Source: an uncultured virus (IMG/VR IMGVR_UViG_3300030106_002217)
Lineage: Duplodnaviria; Heunggongvirae; Uroviricota; Caudoviricetes
IMG/VR virus record: IMGVR_UViG_3300030106_002217
Span: 1 to 64,000 of that record
Reading direction: 5' to 3' (one strand)
Length of the DNA stretch: 64,000 nucleotides
A program made the position numbers and the translations under genes. This document shows, one piece after another, positions 39,601 through 49,532 of this stretch (positions are counted from its first letter, which is position 1; every line of letters starts with the position of its first letter). The notes under the pieces were generated by a model, which was given only the letters and a program-made list of their open reading frames with translations, made no database searches and was not told the DNA's origin.

Positions 39601-41393
39601 GAAGAAAAATGCAGGCCTCTGCAATAAATAAAATTAAAAAGTCTCCAGGCTTTGAAAACTTAACAAGAGAACAACAACAAGCAGGTATTGCTAACGCAAC
39701 TAAAAATGCAGATAGAGAGTTTGGTAGATATATTGGAGCAAAGTCAGATGCTACACCAGAACAATTAGAAGAGACATTTAAACAATTTACAGCAGATAAT
39801 ATTCGTAACCTTGTACCAAACTATGAACTTGTTCCAGATGCAATCAAAGGTTTAAGAGGATTACCTCTTGGTAACTTTATTGCTTTTCCAGCAGAGATTA
39901 TGAGAACTGGTTTTAATACACTTGATGTCGCCATGAAAGAATTAGCCAGTGATAGTGCTGCGATAAGAGAGATCGGTGCAAGACGAATGACAAGTGCATT
40001 GTTTACTTTTGGTATTTTAGGTGAAGGACTACAAAGATTTGGACAAATGATGACTGATACATCTGACAAAGAAGTTGATGGCATTAACAGACTAGCCGCA
40101 CCGTGGCAAAGAAATTCTGTTTTAATACCAGTAGGTAAAGATGAAAAAGGTAATCCAGAGGTTATTGATTTTAGTTACACAAACCCTTGGGATTTAGTCG
40201 GCAAACCTTTTCACACTCTAGCTCGTTCTCTTAGAGAAGGCACACGATTAGACAAGTCTGATTTTGCTAAAATAAGAGGAGCCGCGTTTGATTCCGTAGC
40301 AGAGTTTTTTAGTCCTTTCTTTGAAGTGTCTATGATTTATGACGCTGCCATAGATGTTCTACCAAAAGAAAGTGTGCTTGGACTTGGTATAGGTAGAGGC
40401 GGTCGAACTCGTTCTGGTGCTAAAGTTTATAAAGAAGGAGATGGTTTAGGGTTATCCATAGAAAAATCTATGGTGCATATACTTGATACGCTCAAGCCAA
40501 ATATACTTCCGATAAGAGTTCCAACAGGAGCAGATCTTGGTATTGTTAGAGGACAACCAGTAAAATCTCCAGAGCTTGGTAGAACTGCAAGAGGTCTTTT
40601 CTTTCCAGAGGGTGGAGAGTTCTTAGGATTTAATGTGAAGGCAGAAGAACCGACAACAGGTCGAGAATACAAAAGATATGGTGAATTGTTTAGAGCTTTT
40701 ACTGGACTACAATCTCAAATAATAGACAGAGATAAGATTGCAGAGTTTAAAGCACAAGAGTTTAAAGGACTCAGATCAGAAGCAGCTACATTATTTACTG
40801 ATGTTTTAAGACTGGAAGATCCTAGTAAAGATCAAATATTAGAAGCATATTTAAGAGCAGATGATGCAAGATACAAAGCATTTAAAGAAATGAAATTAAA
40901 TTATGACAGTTTGAAAGATATAGGTTTAACAGATAACAAGATAGCTAAAATATTAAAACTAAAAGCTGGATTAGGAAGTAAAGAAATATTTTCTTTAAAA
41001 GCAGATAGATATATACCATATCTTCCAAGTAGAGATAGACTTGGACTTGCCAAAAGAAAAGGTATTGATGTTCCTATTTCTGCAATACAAAGATTATTTA
41101 GGAAAAGACTTGGCATAAAATTAACGCCACCAGTAAGAAAAAAAGAAGAGCCAAGAAACATAAATGAATTTTTAAGTTTAAACAATGATGTTACGACAAG
41201 TGCACCCACAAACTTACCAGAAGCTAGACCAGAAAACTTAACGCAAACACAACCTACTTTGGATGTGAGTCAGAATCAAATCACAAATGAATTACTTAGA
41301 CCATCTCCAGAAAACAGACAAGTTGCAGCTTTCTTGGGAAGTAATCCAGAAGAGGTGCTCAAGAATATGGAAATAGCTAGGAGGACTGGATGA
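36654..41393 (+). CDS. Large internal virion/ejection protein (1579 aa)
   Basis: Last and largest gene of ejection cluster; 'KTILSPLTQVRN', 'PLGNFIAFPAEIMR', 'DFSYTNPWD'. Confidence 0.7.
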   Translation: MFTYEVDGKQYTYDKEIGQEEAEKRVRAFNERIAQATKARTGGSYEGFFTEAGEGILSGLSKIPEGLVTTGTLISDAITGGRATDVVENWFDERREELGIDPEGAAGKVTEALVQFGLPGVVAASAVSKAGRVGRILSGRVKVGARNPEIGPKNARVLGTRLSDINKRRDPFRKFRKGDEIVFQKQTKAQKLGRYATMLGAAGLADAIVSTDDTQTIGDFFDAGPTNTVDAVGMDGQERAFTKILNKLKVGVEGGVATAVFPPAFGASLKVLNKTLSARPIEGLTQLNQSVGNFAGKVLPKDTTVLDLASGMTVPLARGIIDTSKRAIRARETQLLTQGQGARTLPSIIGKLEALLRYRGFLDPVVARARSLINPEVEGNIKVAKQKMQEIDEEIERVLKNPRYTGLPDHSKKKYLDNFMDVLEGARRDPDVTGVTARVRRIALEKEQKIIDLPDELYQLYLQAAKNIEGLTDQFLKSKVITDLPEDAVIQGGLTRENFQRQVSRMMREGGYLRRMYRIYNDKNYQIQPQAKEEIIRKILAGEGVDYGHIRGILTDTPYRIDDDQMQQLVSRQGNLTREQAQFYIDTVVRNAKLKGGNRGLGMNRLFQTRLDTSLINKRKVDSEVQRLILGEIRDPREAFISTVSELSNFIATDRFLGLFKESMDINIANVAARNAARPTTLRGTPEQPLFYKMDDEIINWIKQKPDFFNVDPNNISRVSQLDEKLLSKALDDWLENHPNHVILGRSAETSVARDAYSPGANQTSSMYGATFGYAVPRVMYNNLSQHVWTDADTMPTLLRNVYGFMQTLKGVTQYTKTILSPLTQVRNVTSASGFALAQGNVGKGASLGTSMNLVLRDAIDKELKIKGMTFIDLIRDGKTLDFLVDMQKRGVIGSSAQLREIQDNLRKGLGYEAKGDFVEAQVRGETQALGRSDPQFKAEKRSKLGQFFRRPLGFAEDLYRGGDDVWKMYNYLFELQKFRNARRKMQASAINKIKKSPGFENLTREQQQAGIANATKNADREFGRYIGAKSDATPEQLEETFKQFTADNIRNLVPNYELVPDAIKGLRGLPLGNFIAFPAEIMRTGFNTLDVAMKELASDSAAIREIGARRMTSALFTFGILGEGLQRFGQMMTDTSDKEVDGINRLAAPWQRNSVLIPVGKDEKGNPEVIDFSYTNPWDLVGKPFHTLARSLREGTRLDKSDFAKIRGAAFDSVAEFFSPFFEVSMIYDAAIDVLPKESVLGLGIGRGGRTRSGAKVYKEGDGLGLSIEKSMVHILDTLKPNILPIRVPTGADLGIVRGQPVKSPELGRTARGLFFPEGGEFLGFNVKAEEPTTGREYKRYGELFRAFTGLQSQIIDRDKIAEFKAQEFKGLRSEAATLFTDVLRLEDPSKDQILEAYLRADDARYKAFKEMKLNYDSLKDIGLTDNKIAKILKLKAGLGSKEIFSLKADRYIPYLPSRDRLGLAKRKGIDVPISAIQRLFRKRLGIKLTPPVRKKEEPRNINEFLSLNNDVTTSAPTNLPEARPENLTQTQPTLDVSQNQITNELLRPSPENRQVAAFLGSNPEEVLKNMEIARRTG

Positions 41394-41851
41394 GGCTATC
41401 ACCACATTTCACGTTAAGTGAATTTACAAAATCGCAAACCGCAGAGCGAAAAGGTATCGATAACACGCCAGAACCAATACATATTAAATGTATGGAGACA
41501 CTTTGTTTAAATGTGTTAGAACCTATCCGTGAACACTTTGGTAAACCCATGACAATAAACTCTGGGTATCGCAGTGTAGATTTATGCGAAGCGATTGGTT
41601 CAAAAGCAACCAGTCAACATGCAAAGGGAGAGGCGGCAGATATAGAGATAGCAGGCATAAGCAATGCAGACCTCGCTGTGTTTATTAAGGATAATCTTTC
41701 TTTCGATCAACTTATTTTAGAATGCTATGATCAAGCAAAAGGTCCGAGTTCTGGTTGGGTGCATGTGTCTTTTGTAGGTCAACCAGAAAACAGAATGGAT
41801 GTGTTAACTTACGATAGGTCGAATGGATATAGGGAGGGTTTGATTTTCTAA
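41390..41851 (+). CDS. Peptidase M15A family endolysin
   Basis: 'LSPHFTLSEF', 'INSGYR', 'SQHAKGEAAD', 'WVHVS'. Confidence 0.9.
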   Translation: MRLSPHFTLSEFTKSQTAERKGIDNTPEPIHIKCMETLCLNVLEPIREHFGKPMTINSGYRSVDLCEAIGSKATSQHAKGEAADIEIAGISNADLAVFIKDNLSFDQLILECYDQAKGPSSGWVHVSFVGQPENRMDVLTYDRSNGYREGLIF

Positions 41852-41854
41852 CAG

Positions 41855-42496
41855 ATGGCTACGTTAGTTGTTAATCTGCCCTCAATAGATGTATGGGTAC
41901 GAAAAGAATATTTAAGAGATGGCGAAGACGGACATGGTGAGTTTGTCAAAGGCATTTGGGTTACTGCGAAATCTATTCCAGGTCGAGCTTTCTATTTTGA
42001 AACTTACCTTCCAGACTATGGTGCTCTTTATGATAAACTACCTATTAGTGCTTTTACTGTTGAACCACAAACCCCGACTCCAGATATGGATCTTTATAAT
42101 CTCCAGTTTTGGAATTGCATGGACTATGGCGTGGTGGCAGTCAGTAAACAGTTTATAGGCTCGATGGACTTCGAAGTTTACACAAGAGATCATGGTATTG
42201 TAAAAGGATCGTATGTCTGCACTCTTGATAATTATCACGAGAGCATAGACAACATCGATTATTCAACAAGTGAAAAACCAGCAGAACATAAATCGTTTAA
42301 TTTATTAGAACTAGAAAATGGACAGTTCTGTTTGTATCCAAACAACAGAATGAGAGTGTACGACAACTCACTCACGCCAGATCAACCGTTGCAGCCAGAC
42401 TTCAAAGTTAGTACAGAAATATATCAAGTAGAGAATGGACAAAAGTTTAGACTCGGAGATACAGATGAATATTTTTGGAAAGCAAAGGATGAATGA
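41855..42496 (+). CDS. Conserved phage protein, paralog of 21783..22451
   Basis: 'WVRKEY..HGEF..LPISAF..QFWNC..EHKSFN..PNNRMR'. Confidence 0.75.
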   Translation: MATLVVNLPSIDVWVRKEYLRDGEDGHGEFVKGIWVTAKSIPGRAFYFETYLPDYGALYDKLPISAFTVEPQTPTPDMDLYNLQFWNCMDYGVVAVSKQFIGSMDFEVYTRDHGIVKGSYVCTLDNYHESIDNIDYSTSEKPAEHKSFNLLELENGQFCLYPNNRMRVYDNSLTPDQPLQPDFKVSTEIYQVENGQKFRLGDTDEYFWKAKDE

Positions 42497-42672
42497 TTGA
42501 GTTCTTGTTGATATTTATGATAGACGAAAAAATTATAGATAGAACACAAAGATTTGAAAGTGTAGACAGATGTTTGTATTTTGCTGAAAGATTAACGGCT
42601 CAACCAAATGTTCCCAACGAAGATGGAAAACCTGGTAAAATAATAGCTTATTGTAAACCAGTTCGTAAATAA
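42493..42672 (+). CDS. Small protein (59 aa, not in ORF track)
   Basis: MIEFLLIFMID..FESVDRCLYFAERL..AYCKPVRK; ATGA overlap. Confidence 0.65.
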   Translation: MIEFLLIFMIDEKIIDRTQRFESVDRCLYFAERLTAQPNVPNEDGKPGKIIAYCKPVRK

Positions 42673-42779
42673 TCATGGCATCAAACTTGCAAGTTTAAAA
42701 TACTTGCTACTTCGCCACCACATTAAGAGGATGCCGTGAATCAGAGCGAGTTCCGAGAAAAAAGTCTTCGTATAAGAAG

Positions 42780-42812
42780 CATACAGAGGGGGTAACAACC
42801 TCCTCTGGTATG
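42780..42812. terminator. Hairpin between convergent transcription units
   Basis: CAGAGGGGGT-aaca-ACCTCCTCTG, flanked by CATAC/GTATG. Confidence 0.5.
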
Positions 42813-42860
42813 ATTACACCCAAAGAATATCTTGTCTTTTGTGTGTTTGTATAATCGTCA

Positions 42861-44780
42861 CTATCCAACCTCACCCCAATTTTGACCTATTTCAACGTCT
42901 ACTTCGAAGGGTATTTTAAGTTCTGGCACACAATTACACATAATCTCTTCAATTTGATCTATTTGTTTGGCACTCTTGCTGTTTTCTATATTAAAACATA
43001 GTTCATCATGCACAGTTAACATGGGAGTTATCCCAGCTTCATAACAATCGACCATAGCTTTCTTAGTTTGATCGGCACTCGATCCTTGAATCAATCTATT
43101 TAGCGCCTTGTATGTAAACGCTCTTCTGATTCTACCCTTGCCACCATACTCATCTATAGCTTCTTTCATAGGTAATGCTTTATTATATGTATACGAGATA
43201 GGTTCATACATATTAAATCTGCATTTACGACCTAGCCAAGTTCTAATCACACCACTATCGGCTGCTCTTCTCATGGCTTTCTCTGAGATTCTTTTTAAGA
43301 AAGGAACTTTGTCGTTGTATTTATCCAACAGAGTCGTTGCCTCCTCCATCGAGAGATCAAGTATGTTTGCCAACTTACCTTTACCCATGCCATACATCAA
43401 ACCAAGATTAACTGTCTTTGCTTGTTTTCTAGGTATGTCTGCTATATCTGCAACGATCTGATGAAAGTCAGCTTGTCCCTTTTTATACAATGCTACAACA
43501 TCATCTATCTGTGGATGTCTGTCTATGCCCGTTAGTGTCGCACAATAATGCACAAGCCATCTTGGTTCTTGTGAGGCATAATCAAATGATCCCCACTCAC
43601 AATCTGCCTCTGGAATAAACAATCCTCTAATTATTTTTTTAATATACGGATCTCGTGCAGGTATCTGTTGCAAATTAGGATTGCTTGAGCTAAACCTACC
43701 AGTAACAGTGCCTCCACCATCAGAACGTAAAGGATGAAAGTCACAATGTATACGACCCTTATGAGAGTGTTCAAGAATTGTATCGATAAAAGTCGTATTG
43801 GCTTTATTGACCTCCCTTATCTTTATAATTTTTTTCGCAATCGGATGGCTGTGATTTGCAAGAAACTGTTTTGTAAAGGCGGGGGCCCTGGACTTCTCTG
43901 TGCGAGAGTACGAAAGTCCTACCGCGTCAAAGACCTTTGCTACAGATGTGGCGACCCACGGTTCCAACGCAACTTTTGTTTCCGTGGCTATCTCATCAAG
44001 TAGTTTCTTTTCTAAAGTTATAAGTTCTTTTTTAACTTGCTCTGCTTTTACAAGATCAACTCGTACACCTTTTGTTTTCATGTCAAGAAGCAAGGGTGTA
44101 AGTCTAGTTTCTAAATCAAATACGTTACTACATTCTTCTTTTGTTATTTGTTTTCGTAACTCATTCCATAATCTCAAAGTTATTGAAGCATCATGCTCTG
44201 CATATGCACCAACATAACGAGGTGGTAGTCTCCACATGCCAGACTTCGGATCTACACCAAACTCTTCGGCAGCGCTCTTGAGCATCTTCTCATCTTTGTA
44301 AGTCCCAAGATAATCTCCAGCAAGAGAGTTAAGATTATAATATCTTCTGTTCTCATTTAACAAAGGCGCTGCAACCATAGTGTCTCTGATCTTACCTTTG
44401 ACCTCTATGCCCTCTGCTCGAAGCCAACCAAGATCGTACAACGCATTGTGAAACACGAAAGTTTTAGTTGTATCTTTACATAAGTCTGTAAGCCATTGAT
44501 ATATAACTCTCTTTGGCATGTTACCAACTGTATGTGCTACTGGAAAATACCAAGAGCTATCTCCAGCTGCAACTGCTATACCTATAATGTGCCCATCTTT
44601 CCTACACCAGCCAGGTCCTAGCTTTAGAAGATTCTCATCTCTTGTCTCCAAGTCTATGGCTATCGTGTCATACTGCGATAGATCTGGTATTGTTTCTGGT
44701 GGAGTCCAATCAGAATCTACATTACCCCATGCTACATCTTTTATATCTTGTTCAAGTAGATGGTATTGATCACTTGTCAT
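42861..44780 (-). CDS. polA: DNA polymerase family A with 3'-5' exonuclease (Leu762 type)
   Basis: 'IDLET' ExoI, 'HNALYD', 'TGRFSSSNPNLQQIP', 'DYASQEPR', 'KTVNLGLMYG', 'VHDEL'. Confidence 0.95.
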   Translation of the reverse strand: MTSDQYHLLEQDIKDVAWGNVDSDWTPPETIPDLSQYDTIAIDLETRDENLLKLGPGWCRKDGHIIGIAVAAGDSSWYFPVAHTVGNMPKRVIYQWLTDLCKDTTKTFVFHNALYDLGWLRAEGIEVKGKIRDTMVAAPLLNENRRYYNLNSLAGDYLGTYKDEKMLKSAAEEFGVDPKSGMWRLPPRYVGAYAEHDASITLRLWNELRKQITKEECSNVFDLETRLTPLLLDMKTKGVRVDLVKAEQVKKELITLEKKLLDEIATETKVALEPWVATSVAKVFDAVGLSYSRTEKSRAPAFTKQFLANHSHPIAKKIIKIREVNKANTTFIDTILEHSHKGRIHCDFHPLRSDGGGTVTGRFSSSNPNLQQIPARDPYIKKIIRGLFIPEADCEWGSFDYASQEPRWLVHYCATLTGIDRHPQIDDVVALYKKGQADFHQIVADIADIPRKQAKTVNLGLMYGMGKGKLANILDLSMEEATTLLDKYNDKVPFLKRISEKAMRRAADSGVIRTWLGRKCRFNMYEPISYTYNKALPMKEAIDEYGGKGRIRRAFTYKALNRLIQGSSADQTKKAMVDCYEAGITPMLTVHDELCFNIENSKSAKQIDQIEEIMCNCVPELKIPFEVDVEIGQNWGEVG

Positions 44781-45036
44781 TTTTTTCCTCTGCTCCTAAC
44801 GCACCGTATCCACAAATATCCACCCATGAATCCTCATGGTCTGGTGTGTTTATAAGTCTAGACATCTTAACAGCAACCATAGCTAGATATACCATAGGCA
44901 CTGTAACTTTGACCCCAAAGATCACACTCCACATTGTAGCAATTCTTTGATGATTAAGTCTAGCATCTCCGTATACTTCTGCCCTTTCGGTGCTAACTAA
45001 ACCTTCTGCTTTTTTTAATGCTTTATCTCTTCTCAT
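44770..45036 (-). CDS. DUF6378-like protein
   Basis: 'R..VYGD..NHQRIA.MW..VKMSRL..DSWVDICGY'. Confidence 0.75.
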   Translation of the reverse strand: MRRDKALKKAEGLVSTERAEVYGDARLNHQRIATMWSVIFGVKVTVPMVYLAMVAVKMSRLINTPDHEDSWVDICGYGALGAEEKNDK

Positions 45037-46553
45037 AAATCAAACCCATACCTTCCTGATTTTTCTATTATATGTAATTCTCTCTTTGCTCTTGTTATAC
45101 CAACATACCACACTCTTCTCTCGGCATCTTGATCTTCACTTTCGACACATGCTTTTGTCGAGTCCATAAGTATTGCTACATTATCCGCCTCTCCTCCTTT
45201 TGCTCTGTGTATTGTCGATACACGGATTCTAGGATCTTCCGACAAAATTTTCTCTCCTCGTCTTCTAGCAGAGACTATGTATGCAACAACTTGTTCCGAT
45301 AGCTTCAAAACCTTTTGCCAACCCATGAAGTGATTAGCCTCAAATCCACATAGGTTTTTTAAATGTTCTAAGTTATATTCTAAATCTTCAACAAGATTAC
45401 CCATAGCTTTTCTACCAGCTCTCTTTATCAAAGAAGGATCTATAAACTTAGCAAAGACTTTTAACAATTTTGGCTCTACTGCTTTACCTCTTTGTAAAGC
45501 TATCCATACCTCTATCGCTAATAATACATTTAAAGATACAGACCAACCATCTCCCTCTCTCCAGAATATGTAGCCTTCCTCTCTAAGTTTATTACAAACT
45601 TGGTTTGCTATGTAATTTGTTCTTGTGAGTATCAACCATTCGCCTTCTCGCATATCTACATCAAGAATATCGTTATGCCATGTAACCATTCCTTTTTCAT
45701 TTGTTGGTTTCCATTCTTTCTTTTCTCTTGTTGTTATTGATTCTGCAAGGGTTTTTGCCCACACATGAATATGATCTGGAACTCTGTGAGAATCTTCAAG
45801 TAATAATTTTTCTTTACTCGCATTTAAAAAATCATTCACATTCACACCCATCCAAGAATATATAGCCTGGTCATCATCTCCAGCATAGTAGACTTCCTCT
45901 GAATTAGGAACGAGAACTTCCTTAACCATCTTCCACTGTATCGGTGCTAAGTCTTGTGCTTCATCTATAATTAATAATTCAAACTTTGGTGAAGTGCCTT
46001 CTTTAATAAATCTCTCTATCATATCAATAAAATCTATTTTACCTCTTCTCTCTTTAAAGTCTTTAAAAGCCTTGTCTAGCACCGTTAACTGTTGCCAACT
46101 CATGTCGTTACTCCAAGTTCCCTTGTGAAACTCTTCTTGCAAATCAACTTGCTTAACACGAGCGAATTGAATTAAAGACATGTATTTGTCCCCACCAGCA
46201 CCGATAGAAAATAAAGGTCCCTCTTCCATATTAATTGTTTGTGTTGTTCTAAAATCCAGACCAACTAATTTACCTAACTCATTATAATCACGACCAGACA
46301 TTACTTCTGCCGTGCTCAAACCAAGCCAAGTGAAAGCAAGAGAATGTAATGTTCTAAAAAATAACATGTCTTTATAATCTATTTCTAAAGATGCAACTGC
46401 TCTCGTTCTTGCCTCCTCGGCTGCTTTCCTACTGAAAGACATAAAGCCTATCTTTTTAGGATCTTTCTTTTGTAGTAAATGACCCTCTACTATTTTTATT
46501 AATCTCGTGGTCTTACCTGTTCCAGGTGGACCGAATATTGTTGTCTCTGTCAA
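45033..46553 (-). CDS. UvrD/REP (SF1) helicase
   Basis: 'GPPGTGKT', 'IDEAQD', 'GDDDQAIY', 'STIHRAKGGE', 'YVGITRAK'. Confidence 0.9.
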   Translation of the reverse strand: MTETTIFGPPGTGKTTRLIKIVEGHLLQKKDPKKIGFMSFSRKAAEEARTRAVASLEIDYKDMLFFRTLHSLAFTWLGLSTAEVMSGRDYNELGKLVGLDFRTTQTINMEEGPLFSIGAGGDKYMSLIQFARVKQVDLQEEFHKGTWSNDMSWQQLTVLDKAFKDFKERRGKIDFIDMIERFIKEGTSPKFELLIIDEAQDLAPIQWKMVKEVLVPNSEEVYYAGDDDQAIYSWMGVNVNDFLNASKEKLLLEDSHRVPDHIHVWAKTLAESITTREKKEWKPTNEKGMVTWHNDILDVDMREGEWLILTRTNYIANQVCNKLREEGYIFWREGDGWSVSLNVLLAIEVWIALQRGKAVEPKLLKVFAKFIDPSLIKRAGRKAMGNLVEDLEYNLEHLKNLCGFEANHFMGWQKVLKLSEQVVAYIVSARRRGEKILSEDPRIRVSTIHRAKGGEADNVAILMDSTKACVESEDQDAERRVWYVGITRAKRELHIIEKSGRYGFDL

Positions 46554-48052
46554 AACGGAACCTCATCTGTTTCTATTGTTATTGGTTTTATTTCTACTTC
46601 TGCTCCAAACTCTGGTATCCACCAAACTCTAACGGACTTCCATTTACCTTGTGATGTTTGAAACTTTTTAACTACGGAACTATCTCCATTGTTTATCTCT
46701 TTGAGTCTTTCTTGAACTTGTGCTCTGGTATAATTATCGAACTTTCTGTTTCGCAGAAACTCCATCAAAGAGTCTATCTTGAAATAAGTTCTTGCTTCTT
46801 CTGCATCTGTAAATGGTTTACCAAGAACAACTTCCTCAAAACTTTGTGCCTGTACTCTGCCCGTGCAAAAGAGCTCGAGATAAGATAAAAACTGTCCCTT
46901 GTATGTTAGTTCTTGTGGTACGGCTATCTCATTACAGTTTTCAAGAAGACCATTGACTTGTACCTCCCAATCTCCGTCCTTCATCTTCGGCGGCATGAAG
47001 TTTAACTGCTCCATACATGCTCGTTGGAACAGTCTTGGAGCTTGTAGTTCTTCTGTTGTAAGTTCTAATCGTCTACCATCTATATCCAAGAACCATAAAC
47101 GAGGCTCTGATAATATAACAGACAAACCACTGATCGCAGGCATGGATGTTGTTCCGATACCATGTTTAAGTCCTCGACACACACCTTGATTGCAATGTGA
47201 GGACATAGGCTCGTCTTTACATAGATACTGATATTCTTTTTTCTCTAACTGTGATTGTATTGTAACGATCTCGGCAGCAGGTAACGGTGGTGTGAAATGT
47301 TTTACATTCAACTGCTCCAACTGCGACTTCCAATTATTAGGTTGAGACTTCTGTAAAAAAACACCTAACTGAAAAGCAACTTTGTTTCTGCCACCTTCAT
47401 GCACTCCAACAGATAACATGGCACGGAGACACGGAACAAAACCTGGAAATAGATTTGGTTTACCACCCACAGATATCTGCATAAATTTATTTGGATCACA
47501 TTTTACTGTCCCTAAATGTTGGATAAATTCTTTTAAACTAGCTTCGACATAAGTCTTGCCAACTTTAATAATGGCAAATCTCAAAGTTTTTTCTGCATCA
47601 AAGTATGGTAGATTGATGAAGTTGCCCACATCTCCTCGCTCTACCAATACTTGCTCTTGTTTTGGAAATATTTCACAACGTCCATGTCCAAGAGCTGCAG
47701 CTATCTCGGCAGCTTTATCTCTAAAGTCTGCCGCTTCCATCCACTTTGTAANNNNNNNNNNACACGGAACTTTTAATTCTTCTAGCTTATCGACCAAAGC
47801 ATTATGGTCTAGTGGATACTCATCTATATCAAGAGCACCGAACTTACATTTGTTATGTTCGTTGATAGGTATTGCACCAACACCTTTCTTGCCATCAATA
47901 TGTCCTTGTAATAATTCTAATGTTAGTGGTTGTCTTACGATAAATGATTTGGCTTTCTGTTTGCCATTCATTCTTTGGTTGGAAACTTCCGTCTGACCAT
48001 GTGCACCACTAAAACCTTCAAACGCAAGTAATAATTCTTCTGTTAAATTCAC
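46550..48052 (-). CDS. Archaeo-eukaryotic primase with PriCT-like domain (contains N-gap 47752..47761)
   Basis: 'FGALDID', 'GNFINLPY', 'EGGRN', Cys cluster; the His motif region falls in the gap. Confidence 0.75.
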   Translation of the reverse strand: MNLTEELLLAFEGFSGAHGQTEVSNQRMNGKQKAKSFIVRQPLTLELLQGHIDGKKGVGAIPINEHNKCKFGALDIDEYPLDHNALVDKLEELKVPCXXXXTKWMEAADFRDKAAEIAAALGHGRCEIFPKQEQVLVERGDVGNFINLPYFDAEKTLRFAIIKVGKTYVEASLKEFIQHLGTVKCDPNKFMQISVGGKPNLFPGFVPCLRAMLSVGVHEGGRNKVAFQLGVFLQKSQPNNWKSQLEQLNVKHFTPPLPAAEIVTIQSQLEKKEYQYLCKDEPMSSHCNQGVCRGLKHGIGTTSMPAISGLSVILSEPRLWFLDIDGRRLELTTEELQAPRLFQRACMEQLNFMPPKMKDGDWEVQVNGLLENCNEIAVPQELTYKGQFLSYLELFCTGRVQAQSFEEVVLGKPFTDAEEARTYFKIDSLMEFLRNRKFDNYTRAQVQERLKEINNGDSSVVKKFQTSQGKWKSVRVWWIPEFGAEVEIKPITIETDEVPF

Positions 48053-48068
48053 TCTTCACTCCAAAAAT

Positions 48069-48107
48069 AAAAGAGCCGTACAAGTGGAGGATTAGACTTG
48101 TACGGCC
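48069..48107 (-). terminator. Terminator after SSB-like gene
   Basis: GCCGTACAAGT/ACTTGTACGGC stem, T-rich tail on minus strand. Confidence 0.55.
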
Positions 48108-48115
48108 CACGATAT

Positions 48116-48898
48116 TTAAAACGGTACTTCGTCCTTATCTGATGAAGCCATCTCATCAGCTGACGCAGCAGCCATCTTAACTTCCCCCTTACTTACACTT
48201 TGATACATAGCACGAGCTTCTAGCATCATACTCTCTATCTCTGGTGTAAGTTCATTTACACGATCCAACTTGTAATTGTACCACGAACCTTGGTCATTCT
48301 TCTCCAAGATTGTAGTTATATTCCAAGCCGTTCCGTAAATCGGCATAGCATTACCAGAAGGTAATCTTATGCTATTCTTTAATGTATTCCATCTACGAGA
48401 CACTTTTAACTGTGTCTTCTTCATATCAAGAACACTCGGTGCAATCGTTCCATCAGCAGATTGTGCGATCACTAAATGCTGGTGTGCTCGGACTAACTCA
48501 TTACCGTTTGGTAACATTTCTATACTACCATCACGAGTTGTCATAGCTATGTCTTTATCGTCTGCTGGAAGCTCTTTTACAAACCCACCACCAGATGATC
48601 TTAACATAAACTCCAAGAACTTCTTCTCGAAGAAACAAGGAACAACAAGAACACCTTCATCTGCCTTATACACTTCTTGTGTAACGGTATTGAAGATGTC
48701 GCCTTGCTCAGCGCCTTTAATATACAGAGGATCATCCTTCTGTAACTGTGGAGATAATGCTTGGATAATCCTAATAAAAGGTATCTGCATATCTTCCGTT
48801 GTGATGTTCTCAAGACCAGCACCAGAGTCTGCTTCTAGCATTTTATCTAACTCTGATACCACCACATCTGTAGCCTTTTTCTGTGCAATCTGGTTCAT
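48116..48898 (-). CDS. ssDNA-binding protein-like
   Basis: 'IPFIRIIQALSPQ', 'MKKTQLKVSRRWN', acidic 'DKDEVPF' tail. Confidence 0.65.
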   Translation of the reverse strand: MNQIAQKKATDVVVSELDKMLEADSGAGLENITTEDMQIPFIRIIQALSPQLQKDDPLYIKGAEQGDIFNTVTQEVYKADEGVLVVPCFFEKKFLEFMLRSSGGGFVKELPADDKDIAMTTRDGSIEMLPNGNELVRAHQHLVIAQSADGTIAPSVLDMKKTQLKVSRRWNTLKNSIRLPSGNAMPIYGTAWNITTILEKNDQGSWYNYKLDRVNELTPEIESMMLEARAMYQSVSKGEVKMAAASADEMASSDKDEVPF

Positions 48899-49467
48899 TA
48901 CTGACCTCCTTTTATCTTAGCACGGTTGCCCTGGTATACACCAAATAGATCAAAGTCTATTTCTTTACCACTTTCAATTCTATTTTTAACCCAGGTTTTT
49001 AAAGTCATTGGATGCACATGCTGTTTCTTTTGTGGTGCAAAACCTTTTTGCTCCAGGTCTGCAACTACAACACCAGCTTGATTATCTTGACCCATACTGA
49101 AGCTAACAACAACTTCGTTCTTGATAAGATCGCCTTCTCCAATATCTCTTAAATATTGGAACGCTTCTTGTTTCTTAGTTTCGGGTATCCTCGCAGAAAC
49201 AAACTTATCTACCGTAACTTTGTTGCCATCTACTTGTAGACTTTCAACACCCATAGTCTGCATTATCGAAGGAATGTCTTCCTCGTCTACTGCTCTCTTC
49301 TTGTCTTTTAAGTCTTTAAGTTGTGCTTCGGTATCTTTAATCTGTTGATCCAAGTCTACGGATCTACGGATTAGTGACGACAGATCTTTAGTGTCGCCTT
49401 CTCTGACTTTATTAAATGCTTGAGGGTCAGCTGCCTCTTGCTCGAATAGTGAATACACATCACTCAT
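48898..49467 (-). CDS. Conserved replication-module protein
   Basis: Coiled coil, 'GDLIKN', 'VHPMTLKTWVK'. Confidence 0.7.
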   Translation of the reverse strand: MSDVYSLFEQEAADPQAFNKVREGDTKDLSSLIRRSVDLDQQIKDTEAQLKDLKDKKRAVDEEDIPSIMQTMGVESLQVDGNKVTVDKFVSARIPETKKQEAFQYLRDIGEGDLIKNEVVVSFSMGQDNQAGVVVADLEQKGFAPQKKQHVHPMTLKTWVKNRIESGKEIDFDLFGVYQGNRAKIKGGQ

Positions 49468-49532
49468 CTTTCTCTCCTTCTACGTTAAAGTTTATGCTCT
49501 TCAGCGGTTAATCGAAGGTATAGTTTAAAGTA

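Noticed and set aside
36654..41393. Virion RNA polymerase
   Set aside because: No recognisable polymerase catalytic motifs; size and position fit an ejection protein.
47752..47761. N-gap as the junction between genomes A and B
   Set aside because: The primase reads coherently on both sides, and B-type duplicates already occur at 41.8-42.7 kb; the gap probably only hides a short motif.
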